Shown one piece after another: positions 37,101-46,091 of a stretch of DNA of 64,000 nt. The notes below the pieces were generated by a model, which saw nothing but the letters and a program-made list of their open reading frames with translations, had not been told where the DNA came from and did no database searches. The position numbers and the translations under genes were made by a program. The stretch covers positions 326,718 through 390,717 of the forward strand of contig JAZJZE010000001.1 of assembly GCA_040390065.1 (NCBI GenBank). Reading direction: 5' to 3'. Source of the stretch: a bacterium. Its GTDB lineage: Archaea > Thermoplasmatota > E2 > JACPAO01 > JAHFTW01. Positions within the stretch are counted from its first letter, which is position 1. The number at the start of each line of letters is the position of its first letter.

Positions 37101-37612
37101 AACTCCAGGTGTCGGGGCCCGGCGGCAACGCGCAGCAGACCTCCATGGACGGCATGGTCATCCTTCCCGCGGAAGGAACATGGCAAGTCCGTGGGCGCGC
37201 ATCCGACGCCGCCGGAAATGCACAATCAATCGGCCCGTGGACCGTCGTGGTGGACGGCACGCCGCCGACGGTCTCGGTGGCGTGGCAGGGCGACGACTTC
37301 CGTCTCACCGCCAGCGACGCGGGAGGCCTCGCCCATGTGGCCATGACGGCTGGCGACGGCCGGCCCATCGAGTCGAACGCGACCGGCACCTCGGCGGCGT
37401 CGGATGGCCGCTGGGAGGGCGCCCCCATCGGGGTCAACGTCCGCGACGCGGCCGGAAACGAACTGTCGGGTTTCATTGCAGAGTCCGGCGGCCAACTCGT
37501 CGCGTCGGCGCCGGAAAAGCCGGCGGGGAAGTCGACGCCGGCACTGCCCCTCGCGCTGGTCGGCCTGGCCGTGCTGGGCCTTGCCCTAGGCCGGAGGCGC
37601 CAGGATGGCTGA
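34103..37612 (+). CDS. Large composite surface protein (helical domain, TM hairpin, beta-propeller-like, Ig-like repeats, C-terminal sorting signal)
   Basis: Signal peptide; internal TM-RRR-signal-like segment; DATAP/DAAGN Ig repeats; KSTP-TM-RRR tail. Confidence 0.8.
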   Translation: MSTAAFPMTGPTTTSRRPSGAILAALVALLVLPALPAEAATPQDVWVQATDAVVARAPASLLDEPDFRNASAHHAYRTAMLDASVAHATALAHALWEEAQNAPNPAQQYLYELANETQANAGRIDHASARMAALEAGDLHANQLEILLTAANVLADAEQEHVHAVGYLMPEQSVDVFRSETGRYSFAHPVAMAGDLAAATERILDLVPAPSGPRADLAGMAQRINGLSLPTFQWPVAHPGIVEETARRIYAYSALQGNTTVAELDAVIQQLPAERQRLQDAGYDGVHIVEVQGDASWWLTQARADPDSAVTAGVVRSQAAYAHGAILEANLLAAPANRPSSAAMWIGLACAGVALVGGLWWRGRRRSGGRKGKALLGLLALLMVLPPVQGALGMAAVNDPSAPPTVVPGPEGGAWGSAAALANGTLLFAWPSCPGTFVDGCSDLYLRMYDPVADKWSASWRAVDDLYHVSIAKVFLVGADVHVVWEEQLGNATAPVVLVHCVLSGRTCGARETFTDTAGTAIMFSGAVGGNGHLRIAYLRSDLMQVHVREWSSAGWGADKRFDTGSSLQTRPNVLCGTDGACYVTWEEGVPGSKETKDRRVELAIVDAGADVARKVITVPAQGSFQQMAAAFPIPEGVGALYGTQRDLFFAVLDPATGQWSAATNVSRGHPPTAPALVGAYTLGGGDVLAVWQTGTVNTFQMWAARRSGGFWLAPELLVGKPYQEHMFVPMAQPQASGDLVLAWTGNGPGIADNILLTRRIAGGTAPPPGPPTVTWREPRAGGWTGSAVDLAAQLEFAATPDAASVVLTVDGRALATTLSPDGHAHARATGLAEGAHHVTLHAADRLGAACDEQWDFAVDATAPALSVQIVGPATSASAPWANQVLTVVASAPQDGGSPVHLQVDHDAAGDWRDATAAGWKAVGLVPSIIGAAVPENRLLDVRLRAVDDAGNVALGSPMALGWDATPPLMQGGPAPTTRPGRVPLLLTDQAAAGSPLHYELQVSGPGGNAQQTSMDGMVILPAEGTWQVRGRASDAAGNAQSIGPWTVVVDGTPPTVSVAWQGDDFRLTASDAGGLAHVAMTAGDGRPIESNATGTSAASDGRWEGAPIGVNVRDAAGNELSGFIAESGGQLVASAPEKPAGKSTPALPLALVGLAVLGLALGRRRQDG

Positions 37613-38285
37613 CCCCGTGGAAAACGGCAATCCAGGCAGGGCGGAAGGTCCCGGGGCGAGCCCTGGTCCCCACCATTGGACGCGACGCAACTCGCCCTCC
37701 CCCCGAAAGGCTGAAACACATGCACGCCTCTCCCGGAATGTGGTCGTGCCCGGTCTCCTGGTCCAGGATAGCGCGGGCCGGCCCTCCGCCGACGGCGAAG
37801 TGACCCGCCGACTCGCAGTCGTCGCCCGGATCCTCGCCGAGCAGCCCGGCTGCACGATCCAGGAAGTCGCACTCCAGCTGCAGTGCAGCCACACGACGGC
37901 CGCGTATCACCTCTCCAAGATGGCCGCGGCGGGCCGCGTCCTGCAGCGCCGCGAAGGAAGGGTCGTGCGCCACTACTTGGCCGGCGATGAGACGCCCGCC
38001 GCCTGGCTGCGCGCGTTTGTCGCGGAACCCAAGCGCCGCGAGCTTGCGGTCACCCTCGGCGGCACCGAACGCCGCGAATGGCCGGTGAACAAGCTTGCCC
38101 GCCACATCGGAATGCATCACGGATGGGTCATGCGATCGCTGCGCATGCTCGAGACGCAGCGCTTCATCGTCCTCATTCGGCCCCGCGCCAGGTATTACGT
38201 GCAACGGACCGCCGCGTTGCAGCAGGCGCTGCAAGAGGCGCAAACGGTTCGCGTTGTCGTCGAAGTCGTGACGGACCCGTCGTAG
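37605..38285 (+). CDS. Tandem winged-HTH transcriptional regulator
   Basis: 'QPGCTIQEVALQLQCSHTTAAYHLSKM' and 'VNKLARHIGMHHGWVMRSLRML'; true start may be downstream. Confidence 0.75.
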   Translation: MADPVENGNPGRAEGPGASPGPHHWTRRNSPSPRKAETHARLSRNVVVPGLLVQDSAGRPSADGEVTRRLAVVARILAEQPGCTIQEVALQLQCSHTTAAYHLSKMAAAGRVLQRREGRVVRHYLAGDETPAAWLRAFVAEPKRRELAVTLGGTERREWPVNKLARHIGMHHGWVMRSLRMLETQRFIVLIRPRARYYVQRTAALQQALQEAQTVRVVVEVVTDPS

Positions 38286-38350
38286 GGCCGGAACCGCGAG
38301 GCCGGCCGGGCCCCTGCAGAAAGTCGTGCTGACTCGAACGGAGTGCGGAC

Positions 38351-38625
38351 CTAGAGGTCATTGCATAACCTCCAGGAGGTCTGCGCGCGCCGGTTTGCAA
38401 GGAGTGCTAGGAGGTTGGGCCGACTTCGTGGCAGCGCCACGACGAGGTCCAGGCGACGACGCAATCCGCCGCAAAGCGGCGCGCCCTTGCGGGTCGTTTT
38501 CCGGCCACACACTCCTGGCGCCGGCGGTCTTGGCGGACTTCCGGCCCGCCGGCGACCGCCCCCGCCAGGATCGCGAAGGCCGGAAAACGACGCAGGCACC
38601 CTGGAAGCTATGCAATGACCTCTAG
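38351..38625. mobile_element. MITE (non-autonomous, IS5-like ends)
   Basis: CTAGAGGTCATTGCATA...TATGCAATGACCTCTAG perfect 17-bp inverted repeat including CTAG, extending imperfectly to about 26 bp; no transposase; internal nested inverted repeats. Confidence 0.85.
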
Positions 38626-40127
38626 TGTTCGCTTCGTCGTGGGCGGCGCGACGGCCAGCCCCCAAGCAGGCTACGCAGAGCTGGATCGCCCTCTGCGTCT
38701 TCGTGGAGGGTCGGGTCATGGCGGCGAGCGATGTCCAGCCAGGCGAGCGCGTCGTCGCGCAGGTCCAATCGGGCGAAGGTGCGCGCAGCCGTCAAGGCGT
38801 TGCTTGCCATCGCCTCTCCTTCATCGGCCGGGAACCGACGCTGCGCCTCTTGGTGGTCGCGGCGGGCCAGGTCGGCCTTTCCCAAGGCGCCATGGCAGCG
38901 GGCCCGCACTGCGTACGCGTCAGCGCACGATGGATCGAGTCGGATGGCCCGCGTGGCCCAGCGCCGCGCCTGTCGCCAGGCGGAATCCTCCGCACTCGTG
39001 TGCGCGTGGGCCAATGCCCGGGAGGCGGCGGCGCGGCGGCGCGGACTCACGCGGGTCGGCAGGCGACGCCGCAGCAGGGCGGCGATTGCGATTGCCACGA
39101 GAGCGGCGCCTAGAAGGTCAAGCCATAGCCATCCAGCGGGTCCAGGCGACGTGGCCATCGTCGCTGGGGACGTGGGGCCGGCCGTCTGCCCCGAGACCGC
39201 TACCGGGATGCCCGATTGAGCGGGGCCTGCCCGCAGCTTGAGGCTGCCCTCGAGGTGGAGGGTCAGACCGCCAACCGGCCCAGCCACCCCATCGCGCACG
39301 AGCGTGCCGACCGGGTTGTGCAGGTCGAGGCGGCCTTGGACGACCATCTCTGGCTGCTGCACGTAGACGAAGGCGATGTCGCCCAACTCGCTGGGGACGG
39401 TGAGCGCGCCGTGGGTGACTTCGAGGAATGCTTCCTGGTCGCGGGTCGCCCCGGGGTCCGCGCTCGGCCCGGCAAGGGGTTGCATGCCCGTCGGAATGGA
39501 AACCCTTCCTTCCAGACTGTCGAGTTGCACGTCCCACTGCCAAAGGGCCAGGACGAAGTCTCCGGTGATGGTCGCGTTGGCAGGCGCGCACGGCTGCATG
39601 TGCACGGCTGCCTGGACGTCCGCCGTCAGCGTCGCGTGGACGCCGAGTTGGGAACTGTAGGTGAGGCTCTGGGCGTTCGTCGGCCGAGCGACGTTGCAGG
39701 TGATGGAATCGGTCCAGACTGGGGGCGCGTGGCCGGGCATCGGCTGCACGACGAACCAGTAGCCAGGTCGGTTCACGATTCCCGTGACGCTCGCAGCGTG
39801 GTAGTCGTTCTCGCTGTGATGGCGCCCCTGGGGCTGGCTCGCGATGATGCCGTGGACGACGATGTCCGCTTCGTCCACGACCAGGTGCAGGGCGTCTGCC
39901 CGCAGGGAGAAGGGCGACGAGGCCTGGGCATTGCTTGGGGCTCCTACAGGGACGTTGCCGCCCGAGGCCAACTCGAACGCACCCAGCGGGCCGCTTGTCG
40001 CGGTGAGGCCCGTGAGGTCGGCTTGGCTGACGGTCAGGGACCCCTGCACGTCGCTAGCCTCGGCAAGGCCGGCCATCGCAAGGACAGCACAAATCAAGGC
40101 GGCGGGGAGGAGAGCGCGGGCCGTCAC
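38622..40127 (-). CDS. Single-pass membrane protein: extracellular beta domain, TM, cytoplasmic TPR
   Basis: Signal peptide from GTG 40127; TM 'WLWLDLLGAALVAIAIAALLRRR'; TPR 'AIRLDPSCADAYAVRARCHGALG'. Confidence 0.75.
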   Translation of the reverse strand: MTARALLPAALICAVLAMAGLAEASDVQGSLTVSQADLTGLTATSGPLGAFELASGGNVPVGAPSNAQASSPFSLRADALHLVVDEADIVVHGIIASQPQGRHHSENDYHAASVTGIVNRPGYWFVVQPMPGHAPPVWTDSITCNVARPTNAQSLTYSSQLGVHATLTADVQAAVHMQPCAPANATITGDFVLALWQWDVQLDSLEGRVSIPTGMQPLAGPSADPGATRDQEAFLEVTHGALTVPSELGDIAFVYVQQPEMVVQGRLDLHNPVGTLVRDGVAGPVGGLTLHLEGSLKLRAGPAQSGIPVAVSGQTAGPTSPATMATSPGPAGWLWLDLLGAALVAIAIAALLRRRLPTRVSPRRRAAASRALAHAHTSAEDSAWRQARRWATRAIRLDPSCADAYAVRARCHGALGKADLARRDHQEAQRRFPADEGEAMASNALTAARTFARLDLRDDALAWLDIARRHDPTLHEDAEGDPALRSLLGGWPSRRPRRSEH

Positions 40128-40134
40128 GAGGCGA

Positions 40135-40632
40135 TCAGACCGGTGGCGGGAGGAGGCATTCCGTCCGGAGGTCGTAGAACGGGAAGCTCGGCAGCGAACG
40201 CACAATATTGGTGCAGTACGGGTACGGGAACAGGGTGCCGTCAATCAGGGTGGGCAGGCCGAGGGTGCCGAACACGCCGTTGTAGAGGGGTGGCGAGTGG
40301 ACTACGATGGCTGCGGGGCCCTCGCCATCAGCCGTGATGGCGGCGATGCTGAAGACCGTCGGCATGGGGTCCGCCGCCGTCGTGAAGGTGAGGAGCGGGC
40401 CTTCGTAGACAATCTGGGCGTTGGCCTTGATGACGTAGCTCGTCACCGGGTTGGAGCCCGCGATGACGGGCGGGTCCCAGCGCAGCGCCACCGTGTTGGT
40501 GCTGTCGTCGTAGGCCGCGTTGACATGCGTCGGCATGCCGGGCGGCGTGTTGACTGGGTCGGCGTAGGTCGAGGCAGGAACGAGGATCATGAACAGGGCC
40601 GTCAGGAGGATGGCAGTAAAGGGTCGCGTCAC
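40135..40632 (-). CDS. Small secreted fibronectin type III domain protein
   Basis: Signal peptide; 'VALRWDPP...VTSYVI...FSIAAITADGEGP'; TATA-like TATAT about 35 nt upstream. Confidence 0.75.
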   Translation of the reverse strand: MTRPFTAILLTALFMILVPASTYADPVNTPPGMPTHVNAAYDDSTNTVALRWDPPVIAGSNPVTSYVIKANAQIVYEGPLLTFTTAADPMPTVFSIAAITADGEGPAAIVVHSPPLYNGVFGTLGLPTLIDGTLFPYPYCTNIVRSLPSFPFYDLRTECLLPPPV

Positions 40633-40759
40633 GGGACAATCCACCACGGTTGGCACAGAGCCGCGGCATATAGATGGGCGCCGTTCTTTTCATTCATCCA
40701 TAGAGCGATGCGATGATGCCTGGATTTGCGGTAAATCTGCATTGGCCTGAAGATGGCCG

Positions 40760-41320
40760 GTGGTCTTCGGCCGCGTGGTGGTGCCGGGACCTTCGAGTCG
40801 ACATCGGCTACGCAAGCCGAACGTGAATCGCAACCGCATCGAGGACACGGTCCGGCGCAGTCCGGGTGTCACCAAGAGCGAGTTGGCGCGCCTTTTGGGG
40901 CTTGGCTGGGGGACCATCTCCCATCACTTGGCCTTCCTCGAAAGCCAGGGCATCGTTGCGGCGTTCCCCGTCGGCAAGGGCGTACGCCTGTACCCGGCTG
41001 GGCGCCCCGAGGCCCGTCTTCTCGCCGTCCTGTCGGATGGTCCCGGCGCCGCGCTCACGGCATTGCTGGCGCACCGCCCCGGCCAGACGCTCAGCGACCT
41101 GAGCCGCGGCCTCGGAATCTCCCGCAAGATCGTCCGCCGCCACCTCGGGCAGTTGGGCCGCGAGGGACTCGTCGGCGAGGCCGGCATGCACCGGCGCCGC
41201 TACTTCCTCCATGAAGGCGCGGCCGAGCGGGCCCAAGGCCTGCCCATCGAGGCTCCGGCGCCGCGCCTCTTCGTCGTCGCGAACCAACCGGTGCTCCAGT
41301 CGGCAAGTCAGCCGGGGTAA
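40760..41320 (+). CDS. Tandem winged-HTH transcriptional regulator
   Basis: 'SPGVTKSELARLLGLGWGTISHHLAFL' and 'PGQTLSDLSRGLGISRKIVRRHL'. Confidence 0.8.
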   Translation: MVFGRVVVPGPSSRHRLRKPNVNRNRIEDTVRRSPGVTKSELARLLGLGWGTISHHLAFLESQGIVAAFPVGKGVRLYPAGRPEARLLAVLSDGPGAALTALLAHRPGQTLSDLSRGLGISRKIVRRHLGQLGREGLVGEAGMHRRRYFLHEGAAERAQGLPIEAPAPRLFVVANQPVLQSASQPG

Positions 41321-41323
41321 GGT

Positions 41324-42724
41324 CTACGCTTCGTCGACGGCGTCGCCAACGCGGCCGGCCGCGACGCCGCCACCGCCCATCTGCGCGCCCGTCTTCGAGG
41401 TCTTCACGAAGACGCGCGGCTTGCGCAGCACGAACTCATCGAAGAACGCTGCCCAGGCGACGATGCTCAGCATGGTGTAATACACGGGGAGGAAGGGCAG
41501 GGCGGCCACTTCGCGCCATTCGTGGCGGACACCGTCGATGGCATCGCGCACCATCATCGTGGCCCAGGACACAAACGGCGCCACGGCGGCCGCCGTCCAG
41601 ATCCAAGTCCATTGCGACGGCAAGGCCCCCACGTCGTACCCGAAGCGCCCAAGGATGCCAAGCGGCAGCAGCAGGATCAGCGCCATCGGGATGAAGACGT
41701 ATACGAACGTGAGGTACAGGTCGAGGCGCGGCAGGGCACGCACGCGCAGGCGATGGATGCGCGGCAAGTAGTGGGCTGCAACCTGGAACCAGCCGCGCGC
41801 CCAGCGCTTGCGTTGCGCCCACCAGGCCGCAAGGCGGGCGGGGTTCTCCTCGTGGGTCTGGATGCCCGGGTCGACGCGCAGGCGGCCGCCGCTGGCGTGG
41901 ATGCGCACCGAGTAGTCGATGTCCTCGACGAGCTGCTCCTCCGAGTAGCCGCCGACGCGGTCGAACACCGACCGCCGGAAGAACACCTGGCCACCGCCGA
42001 AGAACGTGAAGCCGGAGGCCAGCTGTCGGGCGTAGATGTCGCCGCGTTCCAGGATGTCGCGCTCGATGCGCATCATGAGCGCCAGGGGCGATTCGCGGCC
42101 GTTCAGCCCAATGGCGCGTCCCTTGATGCAGTCGAGCTTCGGGTCGGCGAGGAACCAGCGGGCGGCGCGCTGCACGGCGTCGGGCTTGAGGACTTGGTCG
42201 GCGTCGAGGCCAACGAGGATGTCGCCGTGGCACTGCGCCACACCGTCGTTGAAGGCAGCGGACTTGCCCGGCCGGCCGCCGGAGCGCTCGAACACGCGGA
42301 AGCGCGGGTCGCGTTCGGCCTGGTCGCGAAGGAGTTGCTGCGTGCCGTCGTTCGAGCGCGATTCGCAGACGTACAGGAACTCGATGCGGTCACGCGGATA
42401 GTCGACGTGGGCGAGGGCCGCCATGGACCGCGGCAGGACGTTGGCCTCGTTGTACGTGGGGATGAGGATGGTGACGCGCGGCCATTCGGCGCCGTCGGGC
42501 TTGGCGGGCGGTTCCGGGTTGCGGCGCAGCCCCGCGATGCACGAGCCGTAGGTCCGCACGAGGGGGAACGCCATGAGGGCCACGAGGACCACGCCGACCA
42601 CGGCGAAGTAGTGGGGCACGAAGAAGCCGGGGACGAGCAGCAGGAGCGTGCAAGCCAGCATGGCGAGCGTGGTGGCGACGATCTCGCCCCAGTCCGGGCG
42701 GTCGCGGTGCAGGCTCACTTCCAT
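41324..42724 (-). CDS. Processive GT2 glycosyltransferase (cellulose synthase/PgaC-like)
   Basis: IPTYNE, GKSAAFN, LDAD, EDID, QRKRW; flanking TM helices. Confidence 0.9.
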   Translation of the reverse strand: MEVSLHRDRPDWGEIVATTLAMLACTLLLLVPGFFVPHYFAVVGVVLVALMAFPLVRTYGSCIAGLRRNPEPPAKPDGAEWPRVTILIPTYNEANVLPRSMAALAHVDYPRDRIEFLYVCESRSNDGTQQLLRDQAERDPRFRVFERSGGRPGKSAAFNDGVAQCHGDILVGLDADQVLKPDAVQRAARWFLADPKLDCIKGRAIGLNGRESPLALMMRIERDILERGDIYARQLASGFTFFGGGQVFFRRSVFDRVGGYSEEQLVEDIDYSVRIHASGGRLRVDPGIQTHEENPARLAAWWAQRKRWARGWFQVAAHYLPRIHRLRVRALPRLDLYLTFVYVFIPMALILLLPLGILGRFGYDVGALPSQWTWIWTAAAVAPFVSWATMMVRDAIDGVRHEWREVAALPFLPVYYTMLSIVAWAAFFDEFVLRKPRVFVKTSKTGAQMGGGGVAAGRVGDAVDEA

Positions 42725-44145
42725 GGCATGGCCTCTTCGAGGATGGACTCCGCCCGGACGGGCGCGACGGCGGGGGCGGCGGGCAAGGCGGGCTCCGCGC
42801 CGGTTTTGGACGTCTTCACGTACACCGGCTTCGTCCGCAGCACGAACTCGTCGAGGAAGGCGCTTGCGAACACGGCGCCCTGCAGGACAAGGTAGGGCCA
42901 AAGGAGCGGCACGGCCAACCACTCGACGGCCGCGTGCTTCACGCCGTCGCGCCGGTCGTGCCACCACATGCCGATCCAGGCCACGGTGGGCATCGCCGCG
43001 AAGAAGATGCCGCCGAAGGTCTCGACGGCTTGCGGGAAGAACGTGCGGACGTGGATGCCGAGGAAGGGCATGATGACGAACGGCAGCGTCATCAGCAGCA
43101 CGACCGGCAGGAGCGAGAACGCGAGGTTGTAGAACAGGTCGGCGCGCATGCCAAGCGGTGCGCGGTTCATGGTCGACAGGTGCGGCAGGTAGCGCTCCAC
43201 CAGTTGCATGCCGCCGCGCGTCCAGCGCGTGCGCTGCGCCCACCACGCCGACCAGTTGGCCGGGTGCTCCTCATGGCTAATCACGAACGGGTCGACGACA
43301 AGGCGGTAGCCGGCCTGGTGGATGCGCACCGAGAAGTCGATGTCCTCGATCAGGACCTCCTCGTCGAAGCGGCCGATCTGCTCGAACAGGCTGCGGCGGA
43401 AGAACGCCTGGCCGCCGCCGAAGAACGTGAAGCCGCCGACGACCTCGCGGAAGTAGGTCTCGCCGCGCTCGACGACGTCGCGTTCGAGCGTCGTGCACAG
43501 GGCCAGCGTCGACTCCGTCGCGTTCACGGCCATGGGGCGACCCTTCACGCAGGCGATGTTCGGGTCCGACAGGAACCAGCGCACGGCGCGCTCGATGGCG
43601 TCCGGCTTGAGGGCGTGGTCCGCGTCCAAGGAGACCAGGATTTCGCCCGTGCAGTGGTCGAGGCCGAAGTTGCACGCCGCCGCCTTGCCGCCGCGCTTGT
43701 CGTTTCGTTCGACCGGCACGATGCGCGCGTCGCGTTCGGCAAAGGAGCGGATGATCGCGGCCGTCGCGTCGGTGCTGCGCTTCTCGTAGACGTACACGAA
43801 CTCGATGCGGTCGCGGGGGTAGCGCACATGCTCCATCGCAGCCATCGTGCGTGGCAGGACCGCCGCCTCGTTGTAGGCGACGATGAGGACGGACACGGTC
43901 GGCCACTCGATGCCGTCGGGCTTTGCCGGGGGGTCCACGGGGCGTCGACCGGTCAGGATCGTGGCCGCCAGGGTGCGCACGCCGAGGATGGCCAGGCCGA
44001 CGAAGCCGGCGGTGGCAAGCACGCGGAAGTAGCCGTCGACGTACAGGCCGGGGGCGAGGGCCAGGAGGAGCAGGCCGAGGCCGATGCCGAGCTTGCGCGC
44101 CACGTCGCGTGGCCGTGCGCGCCTGCCCGACAGCTTGACCTCCAT
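42715..44145 (-). CDS. Processive GT2 glycosyltransferase (paralog)
   Basis: IVAYNE, GKAAACN, LDAD, EDID, QRTRW. Confidence 0.9.
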   Translation of the reverse strand: MEVKLSGRRARPRDVARKLGIGLGLLLLALAPGLYVDGYFRVLATAGFVGLAILGVRTLAATILTGRRPVDPPAKPDGIEWPTVSVLIVAYNEAAVLPRTMAAMEHVRYPRDRIEFVYVYEKRSTDATAAIIRSFAERDARIVPVERNDKRGGKAAACNFGLDHCTGEILVSLDADHALKPDAIERAVRWFLSDPNIACVKGRPMAVNATESTLALCTTLERDVVERGETYFREVVGGFTFFGGGQAFFRRSLFEQIGRFDEEVLIEDIDFSVRIHQAGYRLVVDPFVISHEEHPANWSAWWAQRTRWTRGGMQLVERYLPHLSTMNRAPLGMRADLFYNLAFSLLPVVLLMTLPFVIMPFLGIHVRTFFPQAVETFGGIFFAAMPTVAWIGMWWHDRRDGVKHAAVEWLAVPLLWPYLVLQGAVFASAFLDEFVLRTKPVYVKTSKTGAEPALPAAPAVAPVRAESILEEAMPWK

Positions 44146-44263
44146 CGCATTGTCTCCCGGGCAGGCCCCACCGGACCCGCCGCACCCTCGCACGACCTCC
44201 CCACATTCATGAAGGTATGGGTTGACTTCCTTCCTGGGGCGAGGAAAAAAGGCGGCGTTGCGG

Positions 44264-46024
44264 CTACCGGTGGTAGGCCGCGTCGAAGTCCTTGCGGGCC
44301 GTTGCATCCTTCAGGATGGTCGCGGCGTAGACGTCGGATCCGGCCAGCCGGCCCGCCTCGCCCGTGTGCCGTGTGTCCGCCCAGAAGACCGTGGCCGATT
44401 CCTTGCTCGTGTCCAGCCCGATGTAGTCGCCGATGAAGGGCGCGCCGCTCTGGTGGTGGCCGAGGTCGCCATCGAACGAGCGCTCCGTCACGCGCACGTT
44501 GGGGTGGAAACTGTCGCCGCCGTTGTCCGAATAGGCGTAGTACACGTCGAGCAGGCGGTTGTCCGGCGAGTTGCGCCGGTCGTACCACGCGACGTGCACC
44601 CCGCCCAGCGGGTCGACGTCGACCCAGGGCACGAATTGGTCGCCCTTCTCCGTGTCGCTGACGCGCACCGGTGCACTCCAGGCCATGCCATCGTCGGAGT
44701 GCCGCATCATGAGCTGCACGTCCGTGTTGACGCGCCCGGTCTGCTCGGCGTAGACGACGTAGCGCCGGCCATCGTGGGCCCCGCCGGATGTATCGATGGC
44801 GAGCACCGGGTACGTGGCGACGCGGAAATGGCTGGGTCCGGTTCCGTCGCGCGGGCCGACGCTTGGGTCGGACTTGATGGGCGAGATGGTGAACGTCGAC
44901 ATGACGGGGGCGAAAACGGTGCCGCCGGGTGTGACCGTCCCTTCCGTGTACGACAGTTGGTCGCCGTTCGGGTGGACGCCCACGGGCAGGGTTCCGTCGG
45001 TGTCGGCCGCCCAGATGACAGCGACGCGCGGCATGCCGCCGGGACCGTTGGGCAGATACTGCGGCATGGAGAATTGCGAATCGAGGCCGCTCGACGTGCC
45101 GGGGGCGAACGTGTGCTGCGGGCCCCAGGTCTTGCCACCGTCCATGCTCTCGCAATAACTGATGACGCTCGTCGACTGCGCGAGCAGGCCGGTCGGGTCG
45201 GGGACGCCGCTGGGCAGCGGCGGCGTCGAGTAGTACGGTGTCCACGTCACGATCGCATGGTCGCCGCCCGGCTGCAACGCGAACCACTGCTTGTCATTGA
45301 ATTGGATGCCGTTGTCGCCGACACCGCAGAACGAGATGGCGCCGAAGGTCTTGCCGCCGTCCGTGCTGGTTGCGAAGTAGATCTGTGTTGCCGTGGTGGC
45401 GTCCGTCGACCCCGGATAGACCGGGTTGGGCTGGCTCGGAACCTGACCGGCATGCGCACCGCCGTAGTTGAGGCCCGAGAACACGAAGGTGCCATCGTCG
45501 TCGAACGCCACGACCGGGTCCGTGTTGCAGGTGTTTCCAGAGATGGCGCTTGGACGCTTGTCGCCGGGGAAGCCAGGCATGAGGTCGTCGTTCCACGTCA
45601 GGCCGCCGTCCAGGCTGGAGAACGTGCCCATCCACACGTTGTATTTCCCGCAACCTGCGCCGCCCCCGAGGTAGGAGACCGTGTAGTCCTTCGCGCCGCC
45701 CGCGACGTTGAGCGGGTTCGTCGGATTCACGGCGACGGACACCTCGTTGCCCGGCCCATGCTGCGTCGTCCAGTCCATCGTGTGGTTGTCGACGAGCGGA
45801 TGCGTCACGCGATGGTTGCACTCGTCGATGCCGGCCTGCGACGCCGCCGCCCCGATGCGGTAGCCGGCATTGCACAGGAAGATGGTGTACGGTGCGGCGC
45901 CCGCCAGGTCGGAGTCGGTCGCCGTCGGGGGCAACGCCGGCCCCGTGTCGTCGCTGCCGCCGAAACAGCCGGCCAGCAAGGGGACCAGAAACGCCGCCAG
46001 GGCAAGTGCGGGCTTTGCCTTCAT
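44264..46024 (-). CDS. BNR/Asp-box sialidase-like lipoprotein
   Basis: Lipobox LAGC; Asp-boxes SLDGGLTW, STDGGKTF, SMDGGKTW, SDDGMAW, SDNGGDSF; FIGDYIGL. Confidence 0.85.
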   Translation of the reverse strand: MKAKPALALAAFLVPLLAGCFGGSDDTGPALPPTATDSDLAGAAPYTIFLCNAGYRIGAAASQAGIDECNHRVTHPLVDNHTMDWTTQHGPGNEVSVAVNPTNPLNVAGGAKDYTVSYLGGGAGCGKYNVWMGTFSSLDGGLTWNDDLMPGFPGDKRPSAISGNTCNTDPVVAFDDDGTFVFSGLNYGGAHAGQVPSQPNPVYPGSTDATTATQIYFATSTDGGKTFGAISFCGVGDNGIQFNDKQWFALQPGGDHAIVTWTPYYSTPPLPSGVPDPTGLLAQSTSVISYCESMDGGKTWGPQHTFAPGTSSGLDSQFSMPQYLPNGPGGMPRVAVIWAADTDGTLPVGVHPNGDQLSYTEGTVTPGGTVFAPVMSTFTISPIKSDPSVGPRDGTGPSHFRVATYPVLAIDTSGGAHDGRRYVVYAEQTGRVNTDVQLMMRHSDDGMAWSAPVRVSDTEKGDQFVPWVDVDPLGGVHVAWYDRRNSPDNRLLDVYYAYSDNGGDSFHPNVRVTERSFDGDLGHHQSGAPFIGDYIGLDTSKESATVFWADTRHTGEAGRLAGSDVYAATILKDATARKDFDAAYHR

Positions 46025-46091
46025 GCTGCAACGGCACTGGCCTGCGCTTCATCACGTTTGGGGCATTGGTGCGGATGGAGCCGGCCTTCCG

